This document shows, piece by piece, positions 27,658-32,000 of a DNA stretch of 32,000 nucleotides. This stretch comes from Aciduliprofundum boonei T469. Its GTDB lineage: Archaea > Thermoplasmatota > Thermoplasmata > Thermoplasmatales > Aciduliprofundaceae. The position numbers and the translations under genes were made by a program. How positions within the stretch are numbered: the stretch's first letter is position 1; every line of letters starts with the position of its first letter. Below the pieces are notes generated by a model, which worked only from the letters and a program-made list of their open reading frames with translations, searched no databases and was not told the DNA's origin. The stretch lies in NCBI RefSeq assembly GCF_000025665.1, contig NC_013926.1, positions 1,410,001 through 1,442,000 of the forward strand, written 5' to 3'.

Positions 27658-28143
27658 ATGCAAACTGGCTTTGACATTATGGAATACGATAAAGCGCTTA
27701 GAACATTATGGGCTAAAAGGATTTCCGCCAGTTTTATTGATTTCGTCATAACTTTTGCAATTGCCTATGAACTTGCTTGGGTATTTAATTGGAGTATCGA
27801 ATCTGTCCTTTTTATTTGGCAGGGCATAATATGGTTCGTATACTCTGCAATTTTTGATGCCATTAATGGTAAAACTCCTGGAAAGTACATATTTAGAATT
27901 CGCGCAGTCTCATTTATCGGCTCTCTAGATGTCTGGAAAGCTATAGGAAGAAACGCCACAAAACTAAATTGGATTATTTACATCGCAGATATAATTGCTG
28001 GGTTAAGCACTGAGGGGGAACCAAGACAAAGATTTTCAGAGAGGTTTTTAGATTCATTGGTTATCTCAGAGTTCAAAGAGGAGAGAAAAATAAAAACATT
28101 TAAAATAGAGGAGGAAAAAGAGGAATTCGAATTACCTGAGTAA
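27658..28143 (+). CDS. RDD-family membrane protein
   Basis: 161 aa. KRISASFIDFVITFAIAY...SAIFDAINGKTPGKYIFRIRAV matches the RDD pattern (R..A..ID...; G.T.GK....I+vv). TATA-like AATATTTAT (27626-27634) is ~28 nt upstream. Confidence 0.7.
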   Translation: MQTGFDIMEYDKALRTLWAKRISASFIDFVITFAIAYELAWVFNWSIESVLFIWQGIIWFVYSAIFDAINGKTPGKYIFRIRAVSFIGSLDVWKAIGRNATKLNWIIYIADIIAGLSTEGEPRQRFSERFLDSLVISEFKEERKIKTFKIEEEKEEFELPE

Positions 28144-28575
28144 TTTTTTTATTATTTGCTCTTTCATTTTGAGAAGCTCTATCCTTCTCTTTTCAATCTC
28201 TTTAATCTCCTTTTCAATTCTATCCAATATCTCTCCAAAATCTTCATCCTCTAATTTAAAATCTCCCTCATCATCTAAATCGTATTCCCTAATTTCAAAA
28301 ATTCCTGGAGCCACATCAATTATTATCGAAAAGCTCTTGCTTACTTCATAAAGCTTGCGAGGCGCACCCATATCACTCTTTTCCATACCTGCTTTTTTGA
28401 TTATTTTTGATTTTTCGAGAACATCTAAATGTTTTACTATCGCCTGCTGCGATACCCTTAAATCTTTAGCCAGTTGAAGGGCATAGTGGCGCCCTTCAAC
28501 CAGCCTTTTCAGTATCTCCCTTCTAGTTTGATTTTCGATTGCATTTAAAAGCTCGTCTATGGAGCTCATTTTCAC
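28132..28575 (-). CDS. winged-HTH (ArsR/Phr-HSR1-like) transcriptional regulator with C-terminal coiled coil
   Basis: 147 aa. The wHTH is NQTRREILKRLVEGRHYALQLAKDLRVSQQAIVKHLDVLEKSKIIKK. The C-terminus EILDRIEKEIKEIEKRRIELLKMKEQIIKKL looks like a coiled coil. Its start overlaps the hsp20 stop (ATGA). Confidence 0.78.
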   Translation of the reverse strand: MKMSSIDELLNAIENQTRREILKRLVEGRHYALQLAKDLRVSQQAIVKHLDVLEKSKIIKKAGMEKSDMGAPRKLYEVSKSFSIIIDVAPGIFEIREYDLDDEGDFKLEDEDFGEILDRIEKEIKEIEKRRIELLKMKEQIIKKLLR

Positions 28576-29120
28576 TTGACCTTTATCTTCCTTCCTTTCT
28601 TCTTCTTTGGTTCTACCCTCTCGAACACCACATCGAGGATTCCATTTTTGTATGTTGCTTTAGCACTATCTGGTTTGACCTTTGCCGGAAGTTCTACTTC
28701 CTTGTAGTACTTTCTCTCTGGAGTATCAACCTTAATCGTTAGGACATTGTTATCCTCGTCCAAATCCAATTCTATATCATCCTTTGTAACCCCTGGCATC
28801 TCAGCGGTGATGCTTATCGTTTTATCGTTTTCCATCACATCAACAAGGGGCTCTCTGTACCCTTCCATACTCTCTTCCCTTATGCCAAATCTGCGTGGTA
28901 CATTGCCAAATTCTTGAATCTGTGGTTTTCCATCTGGGCCTATGCGCATGCTGAATCCATAGACATACGGACCTTTGACCTCTCCTCTGCCAAATTCTCT
29001 AATCATCCTGTTCATCCACTCCTCCATCCTTCTTATCTCCTTTTCTATGTCAAAGTCAAAGAAATCATCAAAGAATGGATCCCTCCAATCATCATTATCC
29101 TTTTTTCTCCTTATCACCAT
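28572..29120 (-). CDS. hsp20: small heat shock protein, Hsp20/alpha-crystallin family
   Basis: The alpha-crystallin domain is PLVDVMENDKTISITAEMPGVTKDDIELDLDEDNNVLTIKV...ATYKNGILDVVFERV. The track start is GTG 29129, but that GTG is part of a GGAGGTG Shine-Dalgarno (29127-29133, minus sense) 6 nt upstream of ATG 29120. I therefore call 29120 as the start. Confidence 0.9.
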   Translation of the reverse strand: MVIRRKKDNDDWRDPFFDDFFDFDIEKEIRRMEEWMNRMIREFGRGEVKGPYVYGFSMRIGPDGKPQIQEFGNVPRRFGIREESMEGYREPLVDVMENDKTISITAEMPGVTKDDIELDLDEDNNVLTIKVDTPERKYYKEVELPAKVKPDSAKATYKNGILDVVFERVEPKKKKGRKIKVK

Positions 29121-29133
29121 TTTTACCACCTCC

Positions 29134-29184
29134 AGTTATCAACTTTTAGTTTACAACTATCCTTATTACAAGCCAGTATATAAA
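29134..29184 (-). promoter_or_regulatory. hsp20 operon promoter: TATA (TTTATATA, 29177-29184) plus two direct copies of a palindromic AGTT-N3-AACT element over the expected TSS
   Basis: The gene-sense sequence is gaaaaaTTTATATActggcttgtaataaggatAGTTGTAAACTaaaAGTTGATAACTggaggtg. The elements are at 29148-29158 and 29134-29144. Between them lies an AAC-N5-GTT core, reminiscent of the published Phr/HSR1 heat-shock operator core (TAAC-N5-GTTA) as I recall it. Confidence 0.45.
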
Positions 29185-29330
29185 TTTTTCTGAGAAAGTT
29201 TATATGTGTAATTGGCATATTAAATACGGGAAGCGCATCCCATCCCTTCTGGCATACTTCTTTTATTTTTTTGTTTTAAAGTTTTGTATGGCTGTGCAAG
29301 TTATAAATATTCAAAAACGATAACCCTCCA

Positions 29331-30584
29331 ATGAATGCCAATCTTGGATTCCTGATGATTCTCATTTCGATAATCATAATAATAGTACTTCCTAGATTCA
29401 AGATTCATATAGCCATAGCCATAATGGTTGGTGCCTTATTCCTCCTATCTGTTTTGGGTGCTGATTGGTATAAGGTTCTTATAGACCTTGCTAACTGGCA
29501 TAATTTCTGGAGAATTATTGTAATAGTCTTTCTATCCCTGCTCATCGTAGCTCTTATGGAAAAAATTGGATATCTAAATATGATGGTTGATTCAGTCAAA
29601 TCCCTAGCCGCTTCTTTAGGCGCTTCTATGGTCTCCATTTCCGCCTTTATAGGCCTGCTACCAATGCCGGGCGGTGCGTATGTATCTGCCCGTCTAGTTG
29701 ATTCTCTCGCTAATGAAATGAAACTGAGCCCATTAGAAGCTACTTCTTTAAATTACTGGTTCAGGCATCTATGGGAATATTGGTGGCCATTATATACGGG
29801 TGTGATCGTGGCCTCTGCCATATTTGAAGTTACCATTCCAGATTTCGTTATTCATATGTTCTTCCTTACAATACTGGCAATACTGGGAGGCTATATTTTC
29901 ATATATTACCCCATTATGCGAAAGAAGAATATTAAAAAAGACAGAATTAAAAACGGAAAATCAAGAGAGTTTGGAAAACTCCTATACTCCTCTTGGCCCA
30001 TTTTAGCAGTTATGCTTTTAACTCTGCTGGGAGTGCCATGGATACAAAATGGCAGAATTGTACTTCACAGAGTGGACTTATTTTATTCGCTTCTCTCTGT
30101 TGATATAGTCCTTTTGTTGATGCTCGTGCATAATAAGAGATACAAAGATGCAGTATACGGATTGAGATTTGCTTTAAAACCCACATTTCTTGGAGTGACA
30201 TTCGCAGCCCTATTTATGAAGATAGCTGTACTACAAACAAATTCAATGCAATATACATATCAATTTTTCAATATGTATGGCATTCCCCCGTTCGTTGTTA
30301 TAATCTTACTTCCATACCTTGCTGGACTTATGACTGGGGTTACAGTAGCTTATGTGGCTGCCACATTTCCGCTTCTGCTTCCTTACATTGGTTCTCCTCC
30401 AAGTTTCACTGCCATCGCATTAGCTTACGCTTCTGGATATGCAGGACACTTATCCTCTCCCGTTCACCTATGCTTAGTTCTTTCCGCACAGCATTTCAAA
30501 GCTGATGTATACAAGGTAATAAAAAGGGTGAGCCCGGCCATTATATTCGTAGTTGCAATAGTCCTAGCTATATACTTAATTTGA
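29331..30584 (+). CDS. polytopic membrane transporter-like protein (DUF401/COG1906-like, ion-transporter superfamily)
   Basis: 417 aa with more than 10 TM segments. The motif LPMPGGAYVSARLVD resembles the P.PGGA..SA block I associate with DUF401. TATA TTATAAAT (29301-29308) is ~26 nt upstream of the ATG. Confidence 0.6.
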   Translation: MNANLGFLMILISIIIIIVLPRFKIHIAIAIMVGALFLLSVLGADWYKVLIDLANWHNFWRIIVIVFLSLLIVALMEKIGYLNMMVDSVKSLAASLGASMVSISAFIGLLPMPGGAYVSARLVDSLANEMKLSPLEATSLNYWFRHLWEYWWPLYTGVIVASAIFEVTIPDFVIHMFFLTILAILGGYIFIYYPIMRKKNIKKDRIKNGKSREFGKLLYSSWPILAVMLLTLLGVPWIQNGRIVLHRVDLFYSLLSVDIVLLLMLVHNKRYKDAVYGLRFALKPTFLGVTFAALFMKIAVLQTNSMQYTYQFFNMYGIPPFVVIILLPYLAGLMTGVTVAYVAATFPLLLPYIGSPPSFTAIALAYASGYAGHLSSPVHLCLVLSAQHFKADVYKVIKRVSPAIIFVVAIVLAIYLI

Positions 30585-30685
30585 TTCCTCTCAAGCTTCA
30601 CCCATTCTTTTAAATTCGTGTAGATGAAACATTTTTACTTCTTTGCGGATAAAGCACATTTATTCTTTCCAGGTAAAGCCGCTTT

Positions 30686-30723
30686 TTAGGAACTACCAGC
30701 AAGTTCCTTTACCTCCTGTCACC
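30686..30723 (-). repeat. conserved tRNA-downstream motif, copy 2 (minus sense: GGTGACAGGAGGTAAAGGAAC-loop-GTTCCTA)
   Basis: The reverse complement of 30702-30718 equals the 17-mer at 9478-9494. Hairpin arms are at 30688-30693 and 30703-30708. It lies 67 nt downstream of tRNA-Arg, in the same orientation relative to that tRNA as copy 1 is to tRNA-Pro. Confidence 0.6.
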
Positions 30724-30784
30724 GAAAAAGAGAATGTTCCGAAGGGAAGGGTTTGGAAAGGGAAACCGCAGGTGTCCCTTCCAG

Positions 30785-30858
30785 TGGGCCCGCCGGGATT
30801 CGAACCCGGGTCGTGGATTCCGAAGACCCACAGTCTATCCTGACTAGCCTACGGGCCC
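30785..30858 (-). tRNA. tRNA-Arg (anticodon TCG; + strand CGA at 30821-30823), no encoded CCA
   Basis: Hand fold of the reverse complement. The acceptor is GGGCCCG/CGGGCCC with discriminator A. The T arm is CCGGG-TTCGAAT-CCCGG. The anticodon helix is GTGGGT/ATCCAC around loop CTTCGGA. The D stem has one G-A mismatch and the D/anticodon junction is slightly unusual, so the isotype is less certain than the tRNA call. It starts 8 nt after the cbf5 stop. Confidence 0.8.
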
Positions 30859-30866
30859 ATTAAATT

Positions 30867-31730
30867 TCAGAATTTCTTTGGTTCCATCACAACTCTAAAA
30901 GGTTTAGCAATGATATTATCTTCCAAAACTACAATGGAAACTGATATGAGCTCGCCATCCGAAGTATAAAGAGCAACATAGTTCCCTTTCTCCACATTAT
31001 CCATCTCAGTTACTCCTGGCTTATATAGAGGAGCACCATGAGCTAAAGCATTCACCGCAGAATCCTTCACTATTATCTTGGGAAGAAATGAAACTATATC
31101 CTCAGCAGGTCTAATTATGTCCCGTATATATTTTTCCTCTCCATTCTCTTTCCAAAATATGTAAGCATCTAGCAAATCTTGCAAAGTATGTGCATCCTCC
31201 TCCCTAAAATGTCCAGTGGCGGTTCTGCGTAAATCTTCCATATGAGCACCTATACACATTGCCTCCCCTATGTCGTTGCAGAGAGTTCTTATATATGTGC
31301 CAGATTCAACTTTAGCCCGAAAGAGAACATCCCTATCTAATAAATCTAAAATCTCAATAGAGTAAACTTTTCTCTTTCTTAATCTCCTAGCAACTGCAGA
31401 TCTCAAAGGAGGAACCTGATAAATTTCTCCTTCAAATTCCTTCATTATCTCCCTTACCTTATTTTCATCAAAATCTTTATGAAAGCGCATAACTCCCACA
31501 TATTCCTTTGGAACAAGATGAAGAAGATTAATGAGCTTAGTAGCTCTTCCTAAACCCACTGGTAGCACTCCTGTTACCTTTGGATCAAGAGTTCCAGCAT
31601 GACCTGTCTTGTTTATATGCAATATGTCACGAACCCACGCGCTTACCTGATGACTTGTGGGACCTTTTGGCTTGTCTATTATGACCACGCCGAAATTTAG
31701 TAGATCTTCAACGCTGCGCTTCAACACCAC
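30867..31730 (-). CDS. cbf5: tRNA/rRNA pseudouridine synthase Cbf5 (TruB family, H/ACA RNP catalytic subunit) with PUA domain
   Basis: FGVVIIDKPKGPTSHQVSAWVRDIL...KTGHAGTLDPKVTGVLPVGLGRATK contains the catalytic Asp motif GTLDP. Also present are EGEIYQVPPLRSAV, ESGTYIRTL and a PUA-like C-terminus (IIVKDSAVNALAHGAPLY). Confidence 0.92.
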   Translation of the reverse strand: MVLKRSVEDLLNFGVVIIDKPKGPTSHQVSAWVRDILHINKTGHAGTLDPKVTGVLPVGLGRATKLINLLHLVPKEYVGVMRFHKDFDENKVREIMKEFEGEIYQVPPLRSAVARRLRKRKVYSIEILDLLDRDVLFRAKVESGTYIRTLCNDIGEAMCIGAHMEDLRRTATGHFREEDAHTLQDLLDAYIFWKENGEEKYIRDIIRPAEDIVSFLPKIIVKDSAVNALAHGAPLYKPGVTEMDNVEKGNYVALYTSDGELISVSIVVLEDNIIAKPFRVVMEPKKF

Positions 31731-32000
31731 TCTCCTCCATTATAATTTTAGTTATCTCTTCAGGAGTTAAATTATCACTATCCACTATTAAATCATAAAT
31801 GCTCAAATCATCAAAATCTATATTATAGATTTTTTTATATCTTAATTTTTCACTCTCCTCACGGTAAACCGTCTCCTCTTTTACCTTTTCGAAAGAACCA
31901 CCTTCTCTTCTCCATATCCTTTCAATACGCACAGGTAGGGATGCATTAACATACACTTTGAATGCCGGAATTCTATTTAAATATGCAAGCCATCCACTTA
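31708..32000 (-). CDS. cmk: archaeal cytidylate kinase, C-terminal part (5' end beyond window)
   Basis: The track starts at GTG 31956, but the frame stays open to the window end. My translation reads ...SGWLAYLNRIPAFKVYVNASLPVRIERIWRREGGSFEKVKEE...KKIYNIDFDDLSIYDLIVDS, matching archaeal CMK blocks (GRLSGW, APLEVRAERIAKREG, IDIDDLSIYDLV). It overlaps cbf5 by 23 nt. Confidence 0.78.
   Translation of the reverse strand, partial: SGWLAYLNRIPAFKVYVNASLPVRIERIWRREGGSFEKVKEETVYREESEKLRYKKIYNIDFDDLSIYDLIVDSDNLTPEEITKIIMEESGVEAQR

Noticed and set aside
30610-30702. 30-codon ORF (TTG start) 8 nt after the AGGAGGT of motif copy 2, and a 16-codon TTG ORF after copy 1
   Set aside because: The two peptides (LLVVPKKRLYLERIN... 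vs LRFLYFIFLQN...) are unrelated and start at different spacings. The SD-like element is therefore not serving a conserved small ORF.
30643-30843. 66-aa + strand ORF
   Set aside because: It overlaps tRNA-Arg and its trailer on the opposite strand. It has no promoter or SD, and the PPGFEPGS-type peptide is the usual artefact of translating a tRNA T-arm.
30785-30858. Possible intron or 9-nt anticodon loop in tRNA-Arg
   Set aside because: The apparent 9-nt loop closes with an extra T-A pair to give a normal 7-nt loop (CTTCGGA) on a 6-bp helix. Total length is 74 nt, so there is no room for an intron.

Overview
AT-rich archaeal chromosomal segment with GC-rich stable-RNA genes. A stand-alone 16S with archaeal termini and the r-protein/rpoN/cbf5/cmk/RPA content suggest a thermophilic euryarchaeon, possibly Thermoplasmata/DHVE2-like; that placement is inference only. 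Gene order: leuS (partial); a TAXI-TRAP transporter operon whose receptor is a tandem fusion of two near-identical TAXI modules; a GH5-like secreted protein; rpl18e-rpl13-rps9-rpoN-tRNA-Pro; bacterial-type mutS; an unlinked 16S rRNA flanked by a long processing stem; a ~9.7 kb block of membrane and surface genes; an MgtE-like channel; an RPA operon led by an unknown acidic protein; an RDD protein; an hsp20-wHTH operon; a DUF401-like transporter; tRNA-Arg; cbf5; cmk (partial). The best candidate for an undescribed system is the divergent MacB/FtsX-type ABC module at 15368-23572. It has two FtsX permeases, one of 1411 aa with about 1,070 extra extracellular residues of Ig-like repeats and 56 N-glycosylation sequons. 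These sit with a GT-C-like membrane protein and face an ATPase coupled to a DUF1616-like protein. A second unexplained signal is a conserved ~38-nt SD-like plus hairpin motif at the same distance downstream of both tRNA genes. I found no CRISPR array, transposase, integrase or obvious defence genes. All family calls come from reading the translations by eye, with no database search.
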